A model generated the notes under the pieces. That model ran no database searches. It was not told where the DNA came from and saw only the letters and a list, made by a program, of their open reading frames with translations. A DNA stretch of 64,000 bases from Pseudomonadota bacterium (GTDB lineage Bacteria; Bdellovibrionota_B; Oligoflexia; Oligoflexales; RGVZ01). The stretch is taken from NCBI GenBank assembly GCA_041178085.1, contig JBEGVZ010000006.1:1-64000 (forward strand). The letters run 5' to 3'. Positions 18,072-27,426 of this stretch are shown here, in pieces (the first letter of the stretch is position 1; each line of letters begins with the position of its first letter). The position numbers and the translations under genes are program-made.

Positions 18072-20279
18072 TCAGATGCCCTCCGGTACGAGAAGCCCAT
18101 CAACCAGAACCGCACGGGGTTCGATCCTTTTGACCAGGGAAAAAAGCCTTTCCTTCATTTCGGTCAGAACGTCATTACCAGCCCCTGAAAGGTCCCGGGG
18201 GACATCACGGGCAAGGTCACGAAGGTTCTGCGGATCATCAATCACATCGTACAACTCAAAACGAACACCAGATGGCGTCGGCATGTAAATCAACTTATGA
18301 CGCCCAGCGACCAGGCTCCGGTGGCGCGAAACCACCAGCATGCTTTCATACTTGGGATTGACGATGATTTCACCGGAGTGGCCCGGATCAAATGTAAGAA
18401 GGTGCGAGATCCCCGGATAATCAAGACGGTTCTTCTGGTAAAAAGTGTCACCCGAACGGGCAAACCAGATTTCAGTTTCTGAATAAGCGGAAAGATCTGC
18501 CAGGGCCGCCGGAACTTTCATCCCGGTAAAAACAGGTGAGAGGTCCAAGCCCTGATGCGGGTGCCGGGCACGCGGAAAACCATCAAGTCCCGTCACGGCG
18601 GCGAGCGTGGGAGCAAGGTCGATGCTCCGGGTGACAACTTCAACCTGGCGCCTCGACAAATCTTTCGCCGCCTTGCCACGTGCAGAGCTGGCGGGCAACT
18701 TGATCATCAGTGGCACCCGCAGCGTCTGGTCTCCCCGCAAATGGTCGCCGTGGCCTTGCAAGATACCTGGATCGAAAAGGTCCTCACCATGGTCTGCCGT
18801 GATGATAACCACGGCATCATCCCACAGGCCCCGCTGCTTGAGCGTCTTGAACACGCGGGCGATCGACTGGTCAACCGATCGCAGGGCTCCGTCATAGAGC
18901 GCCCTGACCTGTTTAACCTGCGCGGCGTTCATCGCCTGGTCCTCTCCGGAAAGGCTCGGGTTCTTCTGGAACCAGAATGGCCCTGGGTAAGAGGCATCGC
19001 TGAATTCAAGGTAGTGCGGCCAGGGAGCTGCGTAAGGAAAATGAGCCGTAGAATAAAACAGGGATAAGAAGAGCGGCTTCTGCGTCAAGTCTTTTGCGTC
19101 GGCAAGCGCCCCGACAAATAGTTCTTCCAGGTGGGCCGGGGCTGCATAGACAGGAGATTCCTTGAGTGCCGGGAAAAGCTGACGGAACAGAGGCGAAGTG
19201 ATCACCGGGTTGAACAAGGGGAACATCTGGTCAATGTTCTGCCGGATCAAGACACCAAGGGATGATGACGGCGCCTTGATCGTGTCAAAACCACCCGCAA
19301 ATCGTGGGAAGATGTCACCCGCAAAGTCAGAGATGGCAATCGTCTGGTATCCTGCGTCCCGGGCGAGCGTAACGATACCCTCGAATTCATGCTCACGAGA
19401 GGGAAATCCAGGGAACATGTGACGAATCCCCGTTTCGGCAGAATAACGTCCCTGGATCATTTCAATCCACGAAGGGAAGGTCCGCGGAACACCCACATGA
19501 TGGCGCAAAAAGGACACCGTGGATGGATCGTCCCGGAACGCTTGCATCGCAGGCAAAAATCCCTCGCGTTGCAGCCGGTCAAGCCTCAGGCTGTCAACGG
19601 TCAACCAGATAACGTGCGGACGCCGGGCGGATCCCTCGAGGGAACTTGCAACCGGAGCGCGCCGGATTCGCCACGTAGTCGGAGCCACACCCTCAAGAAA
19701 AACCCCGGAAAGAAAAACAGCGGCAGCAAGAAATCCCACTGCTGGACGCCAGGCATCCCGCGGCCATCTTGACCCATGACGGCGCCTGAAACGCAACGGA
19801 AGCAGCAGGGGCAAGACAAGGACCACCATCGCCGCATAACGCAGGCTTGCCGGTGCCATCAAAAATCCCGCCTGAAAAATGAAGCGGGAAAAAACCTTCG
19901 GCATGACAGGCTCGTGAAGGGCGGGGAATTCGATCGCCGTCGCGAGCAACAGCAATCCGTAAGAGGCCAACGCCGCCAGCACGTGCGGCAACCAGGAGCC
20001 GACTGATGCCTTGCGCCGCCTCCCACCACCCGGCTGGACCTTCAACTGGAACTTTGCAAGAAATGCGCGGGAAGACTTTGCCCAGATACCATAGGCCAGA
20101 GCAACCACCAGCACAGCGGCAAGGATCTTCAGAGTCTCAAATATTGCCGCCTCGGGGTAAAAGCGGATGATCCCCGCTGTCAGCGAGGAAACTTTTTTGC
20201 CGAACAAGCTTGGCTGCGAGTTAAGCGCACCCTGGATACCCAGCAAAATGACTGCAAGGATACAGACAAAATAGAACAT
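18072..20279 (-). CDS. Multi-pass membrane sulfatase-like hydrolase/transferase
   Basis: About 5 N-terminal TM helices; LTVDSLR, PRTFPSW (Thr), AHFPY, LYDGA, TADHGE, GHG. Confidence 0.85.
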   Translation of the reverse strand: MFYFVCILAVILLGIQGALNSQPSLFGKKVSSLTAGIIRFYPEAAIFETLKILAAVLVVALAYGIWAKSSRAFLAKFQLKVQPGGGRRRKASVGSWLPHVLAALASYGLLLLATAIEFPALHEPVMPKVFSRFIFQAGFLMAPASLRYAAMVVLVLPLLLPLRFRRRHGSRWPRDAWRPAVGFLAAAVFLSGVFLEGVAPTTWRIRRAPVASSLEGSARRPHVIWLTVDSLRLDRLQREGFLPAMQAFRDDPSTVSFLRHHVGVPRTFPSWIEMIQGRYSAETGIRHMFPGFPSREHEFEGIVTLARDAGYQTIAISDFAGDIFPRFAGGFDTIKAPSSSLGVLIRQNIDQMFPLFNPVITSPLFRQLFPALKESPVYAAPAHLEELFVGALADAKDLTQKPLFLSLFYSTAHFPYAAPWPHYLEFSDASYPGPFWFQKNPSLSGEDQAMNAAQVKQVRALYDGALRSVDQSIARVFKTLKQRGLWDDAVVIITADHGEDLFDPGILQGHGDHLRGDQTLRVPLMIKLPASSARGKAAKDLSRRQVEVVTRSIDLAPTLAAVTGLDGFPRARHPHQGLDLSPVFTGMKVPAALADLSAYSETEIWFARSGDTFYQKNRLDYPGISHLLTFDPGHSGEIIVNPKYESMLVVSRHRSLVAGRHKLIYMPTPSGVRFELYDVIDDPQNLRDLARDVPRDLSGAGNDVLTEMKERLFSLVKRIEPRAVLVDGLLVPEGI

Positions 20280-20297
20280 CAATTTGGGACTTTACCC

Positions 20298-21242
20298 TCA
20301 GGTAAGGGCAGCGACAAGTGCGCGAAAAGCCGCCGGAGAGATATCGTGGCCGAGCAGCTTGTGCTTCATGAAATCAAGCGCTTCGTACCGGGTCCGGCGT
20401 TTCTGGTAGGACCGGGCCGAGGTCAAAGCATCATAGATGTCCGCCACTGCCGCGATCTGTACCTCAGTCATGATGGCCCCCTGGTCAAGACCATGGGGAT
20501 AGCCGCCTCCATTCATGCGTTCATGATGGTGGAGCACTATTTCGAGCGTATCCACGGACAGTCCTGACGCCTCCAGCATGCCGTGCCCCTTTTCCGGGTG
20601 AGCCCGCATCTGGGCCCACTCGGCCTCGCTCAAGGCGCCCGGCTTGTTGATGACGGACAGGGGGATGTCCTTCTTGCCAACGTCGTGGAAGAGCCCGCCA
20701 CTGGCAATGCGCACCAGATGCCCTTCGTCGGTGACATCCATGCGAAGAGCCATTGCGGTCGAAAACACTGCGACGCGGGAGCTGTGCAGGTAGGTGTACT
20801 GGTCATGATCCACCAACCCGCCGATTTCCTTGATGACATCAGGCTTCTCCATCAGACATTCGATCATCCCGCGAGCGATCCGTTCGCCGTAGCGGACAGC
20901 GGCCTGGGTGACCTCGCCCGCATACAGGCACTTGGTAAAGCCGACGGCGATGTCCTCAATGGACTTGATCCTGATCCTTGGCTCCTGCTCCCGCTCAATC
21001 AGAGGCAATTTAGCCAGATCCTTGTACATCTGAACTTGCAGCGCCTGTTCCGGCCGGACCAGGAATTCGCTCATGCCTGCCGCCAGCAACCGCGTCGTCT
21101 CCTCGCGGGTCCACAGGTAACCCGGCGTCGCATAAAGGACCTGTTCGCCCTTCATGTCCAGAAACAGGTCAAAATCCGTGACACTGCCGTCTTGGATTTG
21201 CCCGACAGGAAACCTCATCTTTTGTGCGGACGCATGGTTCAC
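20298..21242 (-). CDS. HD-GYP domain c-di-GMP phosphodiesterase
   Basis: YTYLHS, FHDVGK, HHHERMNGGGYP, VADIYDALTSARSY. Confidence 0.92.
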   Translation of the reverse strand: MNHASAQKMRFPVGQIQDGSVTDFDLFLDMKGEQVLYATPGYLWTREETTRLLAAGMSEFLVRPEQALQVQMYKDLAKLPLIEREQEPRIRIKSIEDIAVGFTKCLYAGEVTQAAVRYGERIARGMIECLMEKPDVIKEIGGLVDHDQYTYLHSSRVAVFSTAMALRMDVTDEGHLVRIASGGLFHDVGKKDIPLSVINKPGALSEAEWAQMRAHPEKGHGMLEASGLSVDTLEIVLHHHERMNGGGYPHGLDQGAIMTEVQIAAVADIYDALTSARSYQKRRTRYEALDFMKHKLLGHDISPAAFRALVAALT

Positions 21243-21273
21243 AACCGGTCTTTTCCTTTCTCAATCCAGCGTC

Positions 21274-22602
21274 TCAGGCGCGGGGAGGTGTCTGGTTGAC
21301 CGTAAACGGAATCCGCTGCTGGTAGCTCGATTTGCAAACATCAGTCCGGCCCGCTTTCAAATCATCCGCTGAAACACAGCAACGCTCAACTACCAGTTCA
21401 AATGACCGGTTGCCGACGACGCTGTTGCGGGTGATCGCCGAAGGGATCGACAGGGTGTTGTCCCCACCATCCAGCGCCCGGAGGGCCTCTGCCCCATTCG
21501 CCGGCTGCCAGCCACTGACACGGTCTGACCCCTCGAAAATCGAGGCCGAACGAGCCAGGCAGCTGCCAAGGATGTTGCGCGTAACCGGATTGTTCTGGAG
21601 CATCGGAACAAGGGTTGTCACAAGGTTATTCTGTGTGAGCGGCCACGCGACGTTGCCAGCGGCGTCACGCAAGGCGCCACCACGGGAGTTCGGGTCAACG
21701 GCTGGCAGGATGTTGGAGACAATATCCTCCATCTGGCGGATCGCGACATATCCGTTGCGGTCCTCCTGGGACTGGCAATTGAGGAAGGCGCCGTAATTCT
21801 CTTCATTGAATGCGACGCGAGCCGGATCCGGAACGGTATAGAAAAACTTGAAGTCATCCATCCGCGGCAGGGTCGCCGCATAGGAATTGATGTCGTTGAC
21901 GAGCGCGAGAATCGAACAATCGCGCGCCGGTTTCCCGCCTCCGGTCTGGGATCCGTTATGACCGACCACATCCGTAACCAGGACGATGGCTTTGAAAGAA
22001 CCTTGTCGGGAGGAGCTTTTGAGAAGTTCCACTGCCCTGCGCGCCCCGTGCAGAGCGGCCTCCGGGTAATCATCATTTCCGGTCGGGGTGATGCTGGAAA
22101 CGAAAGTCTGGAAACCGAGGTAGTTGTTCGAGGTCCGGAACACGCGGGCTTCCGTCGCCGTGAAACTGTCAACGAAACCCACCAGCCCGACATTCAGGTC
22201 AAGGCCCGAGCGGCGCAGCTCGGAGACCAGGCCAGTGATGCCATTTTTCACGGCGCGCATCTCATCGGTCATGCTGGCGGTGGTATCGAGGACGAAATAA
22301 AGATCCACCGCTTGACGTACGGTAGAAGTATCCTGTCCGACAATGCGCCGGTCCCCCGCCTGAAAAACCACCTTGAGGTCATCAATGGTGGCCATCTGTA
22401 CCTGGCCACCATCCACCTGCTCCTCCATACCCATCGCCACGAGGGTTTGCTCCTTGGGAACCGGCTGCGGAGCTGGCTTGATCAGGCGGCTGTTACCCTT
22501 GAAACCGGACGTGTTACATCCAGCGAGCATCGCCATCAAGATCAACGGGCTGACACGCGTGAAACGTGCTGCACCCTGTCCGCCGATAAGTCGACCGTTC
22601 AT
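21274..22602 (-). CDS. vWA-domain lipoprotein
   Basis: Start reassigned to MNGRL (GAGGG RBS); lipobox LAGC; MIDAS-like DTTASM, GNDDYPEA, IVLVTD. Confidence 0.85.
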   Translation of the reverse strand: MNGRLIGGQGAARFTRVSPLILMAMLAGCNTSGFKGNSRLIKPAPQPVPKEQTLVAMGMEEQVDGGQVQMATIDDLKVVFQAGDRRIVGQDTSTVRQAVDLYFVLDTTASMTDEMRAVKNGITGLVSELRRSGLDLNVGLVGFVDSFTATEARVFRTSNNYLGFQTFVSSITPTGNDDYPEAALHGARRAVELLKSSSRQGSFKAIVLVTDVVGHNGSQTGGGKPARDCSILALVNDINSYAATLPRMDDFKFFYTVPDPARVAFNEENYGAFLNCQSQEDRNGYVAIRQMEDIVSNILPAVDPNSRGGALRDAAGNVAWPLTQNNLVTTLVPMLQNNPVTRNILGSCLARSASIFEGSDRVSGWQPANGAEALRALDGGDNTLSIPSAITRNSVVGNRSFELVVERCCVSADDLKAGRTDVCKSSYQQRIPFTVNQTPPRA

Positions 22603-22637
22603 GACTTCACCCTCCGTGATTCCGTCAAAATTCAGCC

Positions 22638-23084
22638 TCAGGGCTGACGCTGGACATAGCCCCCGTCCACAAACAAGGTGACTGGCATATTTTTTGAGCG
22701 GGACTGCAACGATGCCACCCACGGCTCCGTCTTCATCCCCTCAATCTTCGTCGTGCCGTAAAAAGTCCGCCCGAACCTTGGCAGCTGCGCCTCTGGCTCA
22801 AATGCACTGCCAGGGGGCACCGTCCCGGCAAAAAGAAAATCCCTGTCGGCCATGTACCACACCGGAATTTCCTGCACTTTCTTGTCACTGAATGCGTAGG
22901 TGTCACTGATGACAAATTTTTCCTGGTCGATTTTGCGTGGCACGCCCATCACAGGATGCACCGACGACTCAGGAATTTTTTTCAGCCGCGGCGGAGCCGG
23001 GAAAGTAGACTTGGCCCATGCGCTGCCGTGGAGAAGCACCCACAGCGACGCCGCGACCAACACAACCTTGGAATTCTTGCGCAT
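22638..23084 (-). CDS. Small exported hypothetical protein
   Basis: Signal peptide ending AWA; co-oriented in the minus-strand run. Confidence 0.65.
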   Translation of the reverse strand: MRKNSKVVLVAASLWVLLHGSAWAKSTFPAPPRLKKIPESSVHPVMGVPRKIDQEKFVISDTYAFSDKKVQEIPVWYMADRDFLFAGTVPPGSAFEPEAQLPRFGRTFYGTTKIEGMKTEPWVASLQSRSKNMPVTLFVDGGYVQRQP

Positions 23085-23206
23085 GAAACCCCCAAATCCT
23101 CAATGTCCCTTGAGTTATCGGGAGTTATACCTTGCCCTTGACCGGCCAGACGCACCTGCTGCCACAGGCGAACATGCCATGTCATGGAAAACAGGGGCTA
23201 AAATGC

Positions 23207-24946
23207 CTATTTTTTGGAATGGCCTTGGCGCTCGAATTCCCAGCGCATGGCCCTCGGCATGTAGCGGGCCGATTCGTTCGTGGTGATCATGCGCAGGTTC
23301 ATGCCCCGCGGTAAAACTGTCCCGTAGAACTGGGCCGACTGGGAAGTGAAGACCGCGCGACCGGTGAAGTAATCGTAAATCACTGCCGGGATTTCCTGCA
23401 TTGTCTGCAGTCCATATCCTTGTCCATCCGGTCCGATCACTTCTGACTTTAAGATCCCATTGGTCGGCTGCTGGCGGATCGGATTGAAAGAGCGGGAATC
23501 TGCACTATCCGTCGCCGCACTAAGGGTGAGCGTACGGATCATCTTTATATCGTTCTGTGGATTAGCCACGAAAACTCCAGACACAGATGGAACAAATTCC
23601 GCGGCGGGAATTCCGTCAAAAGAGATCGCCGGATCGAATTCCACCATCCCGACCAGACCAAAGAGGCGCGAATACCACTGCCCGGAAAAATGGAGACCTT
23701 TCCTTTCAAGAACAAGGACCGCGTCACCCATATGCCCGGAGCCCAGGCGGATCACTTGGTCATCAAGGTTGAAAACAAACGGATCAATCACATGGGTCAG
23801 GTCATGGTTGCTGGGGGTCGGCGATGTGTCGAAGCCCTGAACGAGAAATCCACTTACCTTGCATTGTCCAGGCCCCGCTTGAGTCACGACGAGGTCCATC
23901 CCGACGCGCTGATACAGTCCCGTCCATGCGTGATGCAACAAGCCCGGTATCCTGCGCTTCAAGTCCGCGCAGGCATTGCCGCTTGAATCGTTCCCGGACG
24001 ACCGGGTCATCCGGGCCGCCTGGATCGCCGGAGGCAAATCTTTTGTCGAAGCGGGGTCGTACCCGGTCGTGTCAGAAACCAGAGGTTCACGTTCACGCAA
24101 CCGGAACAACTCACAGCGCCTGAACCGCACAGTCTCGCAGATCAGACTGTCTGCAGCGGGATCATACTCACACGGCCACCTCCAGGCCGGCGTCATGAAC
24201 AACATCAACTTGCCGGTGTAATGGTCATAATGACCAGAATTGAATCCACCACATGCCAGGTCCTGATCGCTCAAGCTGAGTCCATCAATATCGCGGCAGA
24301 TGGTCCCGCCCTGATAGGCATTCGCTTCGACGGAAACATCCGTCGCCGGCATCGTGACCATGTCCTCGAGTTGGGACCTGGTTGAGTAGATTTCGAGCCC
24401 CGTGAGCATGTCGCCCCGGCGACCGGTCACGCAATCCCCCAGGTAAAAACCTTCGAATGATGGTGTAACCGTCAGGCCGTGCAGCAAACCCTCGGGGACT
24501 CGCCATCCCCTTGCCAGGCGGAGGACACCGACTCGGGATCGGATCCCGGAATTAAAGACACCCTCCAGAGTTTCACCAGCAGGCTTGCCCAGTTCAACGA
24601 CCGGATGACGCAGCGGCATGCCGGCACCAGTCATGCGCGATGAGGTCAGTAAAAACTCGGTGTCGCCGTGAGCTTCCACCTTGTCAAACACCACGGGGAC
24701 ATATTCACGAGAGTCGAAACTGCCGTGGTGCAAAACCAGATGAGCCTCAAAGGGATTGTCGCCAGCGCCAGGAAGCAGGAAAAGGCGCGCGAGTGTCGCG
24801 CGCGGACTGTCTTGATAAAGAAGTGCGCCCGTATAAACGACCGGCTGGGCGTCTTGGAAATCGGGGAATGCAAGGGCGGGTCGGGGTAACGAAAACAGGA
24901 CCCCGAAGAGAATCAACCAAAGACTTTTGCCCTGGCGATCAGCCAA
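23207..24946 (-). CDS. Exported hypothetical protein with internal two-fold duplication
   Basis: Signal peptide (…RPALA); paired motifs in the two halves; overlaps the NifU stop. Confidence 0.75.
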   Translation of the reverse strand: MADRQGKSLWLILFGVLFSLPRPALAFPDFQDAQPVVYTGALLYQDSPRATLARLFLLPGAGDNPFEAHLVLHHGSFDSREYVPVVFDKVEAHGDTEFLLTSSRMTGAGMPLRHPVVELGKPAGETLEGVFNSGIRSRVGVLRLARGWRVPEGLLHGLTVTPSFEGFYLGDCVTGRRGDMLTGLEIYSTRSQLEDMVTMPATDVSVEANAYQGGTICRDIDGLSLSDQDLACGGFNSGHYDHYTGKLMLFMTPAWRWPCEYDPAADSLICETVRFRRCELFRLREREPLVSDTTGYDPASTKDLPPAIQAARMTRSSGNDSSGNACADLKRRIPGLLHHAWTGLYQRVGMDLVVTQAGPGQCKVSGFLVQGFDTSPTPSNHDLTHVIDPFVFNLDDQVIRLGSGHMGDAVLVLERKGLHFSGQWYSRLFGLVGMVEFDPAISFDGIPAAEFVPSVSGVFVANPQNDIKMIRTLTLSAATDSADSRSFNPIRQQPTNGILKSEVIGPDGQGYGLQTMQEIPAVIYDYFTGRAVFTSQSAQFYGTVLPRGMNLRMITTNESARYMPRAMRWEFERQGHSKK

Positions 24947-25160
24947 GAACTACGTCCTGAATGTCCGGCAGTTTTTCTTTGAGTATCGGAACGATTCCAT
25001 TGAACAGGGTAATGTGGCTTGAAGGGCAACCAGAGCAGCCGCCATACAAGCGGATGGTGACAATCCCGTCCTCGACATCCACCAGCTCACAGCCACCAGA
25101 GTGAAGCTCAAGCTGGGGGTTGATTTCTTTTTCAATGATCTCTTTAATTTGATCTATCAT
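24939..25160 (-). CDS. NifU-family Fe-S cluster carrier protein
   Basis: INPQLELHSGGCELV...LYGGCSGCPSS motif. Confidence 0.92.
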   Translation of the reverse strand: MIDQIKEIIEKEINPQLELHSGGCELVDVEDGIVTIRLYGGCSGCPSSHITLFNGIVPILKEKLPDIQDVVLG

Positions 25161-25191
25161 TCTAAAACCTTATTTAAATACCAAGGGCTTT

Positions 25192-26124
25192 TTAAACCCG
25201 ATCCAACCAGTTGGCAAGTCCCGATATGGCAGCCCGGCCCATCGCCAAAACGGCTTCTCTGGAATTGCCGGCAATGTGAGGGGTGACCAATACCTGGGGA
25301 TGACTGATTAACGCTTTATTTCCCGTAGGTTCCTGCGCAAAGACATCAAGTCCGGCCCAGCCCGGCTGACCAGATTCAAGAGCCTGCAAAAGATCCCCTT
25401 CCAGGACAATCTCTCCGCGACTCGTATTGACCAGCATGCTTCCCCGGCGCATGCGCGCAAAGGTGGAAGCCGAGAAAAGTCCCCTTGTCACATCCGTCAA
25501 AGGGACATGAAGCGTAACGATATCGGCCCAGGAAAGAGCATCGGCCAATTCCAACTGACGGGCACCGATGCCATTCAAAAACTCTGACTTGTCGACCAGG
25601 TCCACGCCGGCAACATCACCGTCAAACGCGCGCAGCATCCTGGCTACCTTCGTGCCAACATTGCCCACCCCGATCACCGCTATCCGCTTGCCCGACAATG
25701 ATTGGCCACCGTCTTTGTGCCAGACACCCTCGCGCAACTTCCGGTCACAAAAAGAGATGTTGTGCAGAAGATTGATGATCATCCCGATGGTGTGCTCGGC
25801 GACTGCAAAGGCATTGCTCCCGGGCGACTGGATCACAGCGACACCGTGCCGTGCGGCCGCGGCAAAGTCGATGTTGTCGACACCAACTCCATATTTCACA
25901 ACAGCCTTGAGCTCAGGTAATGCGGCGAGGACCTGTGCCGTCACGGGTTCCCTGCCTAAAATGACGACGTTCGCCGGGCGAAGAGCATCCTGCACCTGCG
26001 CTGGCAGGCTGGATGGAGAAAGCGGTTGAAAATAGATTTCATGACGCGCGAAGGCGGTCTTTGCTTCGTCCACCAAAGTGCTGTTTGCACAAAAACTGGC
26101 GGCAGTGACAACAATGCGGGCCAT
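25192..26124 (-). CDS. D-isomer 2-hydroxyacid dehydrogenase (phosphoglycerate dehydrogenase-like, no ACT domain)
   Basis: GVGVDNID, VAEH, GVGNVG, LHVPLT, VNTSRG, LDVFAQEP, TPHIAG. Confidence 0.92.
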   Translation of the reverse strand: MARIVVTAASFCANSTLVDEAKTAFARHEIYFQPLSPSSLPAQVQDALRPANVVILGREPVTAQVLAALPELKAVVKYGVGVDNIDFAAAARHGVAVIQSPGSNAFAVAEHTIGMIINLLHNISFCDRKLREGVWHKDGGQSLSGKRIAVIGVGNVGTKVARMLRAFDGDVAGVDLVDKSEFLNGIGARQLELADALSWADIVTLHVPLTDVTRGLFSASTFARMRRGSMLVNTSRGEIVLEGDLLQALESGQPGWAGLDVFAQEPTGNKALISHPQVLVTPHIAGNSREAVLAMGRAAISGLANWLDRV

Positions 26125-26136
26125 TGGCAGCCGCCT

Positions 26137-26283
26137 TCACCCACCCTGACGGGCAAGGGAGAAAAGCAGCAGAACAAACAGAAACCCGACCGAAAACACG
26201 ATGTAGAGCCAGAAGCGGTCGTGGTTGCGAGCATTGTCCTCTGGGCCGAAAACGAACCTCGATACCAACTTGTCCAGCATCAT
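26137..26283 (-). CDS. Small membrane protein (48 aa)
   Basis: MMLDKLVSRFVFGPEDNARNHDRFWLYIVFSVGFLFVLLLFSLARQGG; TGATG coupling to the ctaB stop; one TM. Confidence 0.55.
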   Translation of the reverse strand: MMLDKLVSRFVFGPEDNARNHDRFWLYIVFSVGFLFVLLLFSLARQGG

Positions 26284-27164
26284 CACACCAGTCCAGACAG
26301 GGCAAGCAGGCGATCTGCCGCAAGGAAACCAAAGACACCAAAAAGATAGAAACACGAATAGTGGAAAAGTGGCATCGCAAGCCGGTTTTCACCGGTCAGC
26401 CAAAGGCGCCACGCGTACCAGACAAATGCCACGGTCAAGAGCAGCGATGGAATAAAGTAAACGAGCCCCGCCGCGTTGTACCAGTAGAGCGCACACACCG
26501 CTGGAACCAGCGTCAGGGTATAAAGAAACATCTGCCAGCGGGTCTCTGCGTCACCGCGCACGACCGGCATCATCGGAATGTGAGCCGCCGCGTAATCCGC
26601 CTTGTACTTGATGGCAAGGGCCCAGAAATGGGGCGGCGTCCAAAGGAAGATGATCCCGAACAATACCCATGCGGGCCACGCTGCAGAAAGGCCAATCTCA
26701 TTCGTTGTTGCTGCCCAGCCGATCAACGGACCAACCGCACCGGCGGCACCGCCGATCACGATGTTCTGCACCGTGCGACGCTTGAGGAACGCCGTATAAA
26801 CCAGGACGTAAAAGGCATTTGCAGCCACAGCAACCCATGCGCTCACGGGACTGGCAACAAACCGCAGGAGGAGCCAGCTGCCAATTGCGAGCAGGGCCGC
26901 GAACAAGAAAGCGTGACGGTTCGAGACACGGCCACTGGGCAGTGGACGCCCCCGGGTCCGACCCATGTGAAGGTCAACGTCCGAGTCCAAAAGGTGATTG
27001 AAAACCGAGGCTGAAGCGGAAGCCAGCCAAGTGCCGATCAAAGTCGCCGCGCACGTCACAACTCCCGGCACACCCGCTGGCATCAGCATGGCTGGCACGG
27101 CCGTGACCACCACCAAAAGGGAGATCGTCGGCTTGGTCAGTTGGAAATAGTCGCGCGCGTACAA
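26283..27164 (-). CDS. ctaB: Protoheme IX farnesyltransferase (heme O synthase)
   Basis: LTKP, FNHLLDSDVDLHMGRTRGRPLPSG, YTAFLKR, NIVIGG, FLWTPPHFWALA, DYAAAHIPM. Confidence 0.95.
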   Translation of the reverse strand: MYARDYFQLTKPTISLLVVVTAVPAMLMPAGVPGVVTCAATLIGTWLASASASVFNHLLDSDVDLHMGRTRGRPLPSGRVSNRHAFLFAALLAIGSWLLLRFVASPVSAWVAVAANAFYVLVYTAFLKRRTVQNIVIGGAAGAVGPLIGWAATTNEIGLSAAWPAWVLFGIIFLWTPPHFWALAIKYKADYAAAHIPMMPVVRGDAETRWQMFLYTLTLVPAVCALYWYNAAGLVYFIPSLLLTVAFVWYAWRLWLTGENRLAMPLFHYSCFYLFGVFGFLAADRLLALSGLV

Positions 27165-27254
27165 GATGGACCCCAGGAGCCTGATTTCTCAAGCTCCTCT
27201 TCTTGCCGGAACCGGGCCGCTAGTCAAGCTGCGATTGGCCTGGCCAGGAGCGCC

Positions 27255-27413
27255 TTACCAGCGCGGCGTCCAGCCGACCCAAATCGGGAAAAACACACAC
27301 AGGAAGAACAATGCCGGGAACAGGAATAAAATGGCGATCATGCTAAGCCAGCCGCCCGCTTCCAGCTTCACATCTTGTTGGGAGGGGGTGTGTGCGACGT
27401 GCTTTGAACTCAT
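27255..27413 (-). CDS. Small membrane protein (52 aa; not in ORF track)
   Basis: GAGG RBS then MSSKHVAHTPSQQDVKLEAGGWLSMIAILFLFPALFFLCVFFPIWVGWTPRW*; one TM; fills the SLT-ctaB gap. Confidence 0.6.
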   Translation of the reverse strand: MSSKHVAHTPSQQDVKLEAGGWLSMIAILFLFPALFFLCVFFPIWVGWTPRW

Positions 27414-27426
27414 GGGTAAACCTCAC

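Noticed and set aside
15626..20279. Canonical formylglycine sulfatases
   Set aside because: Both lack the (C/S)xPxR motif, and no maturase gene is nearby.
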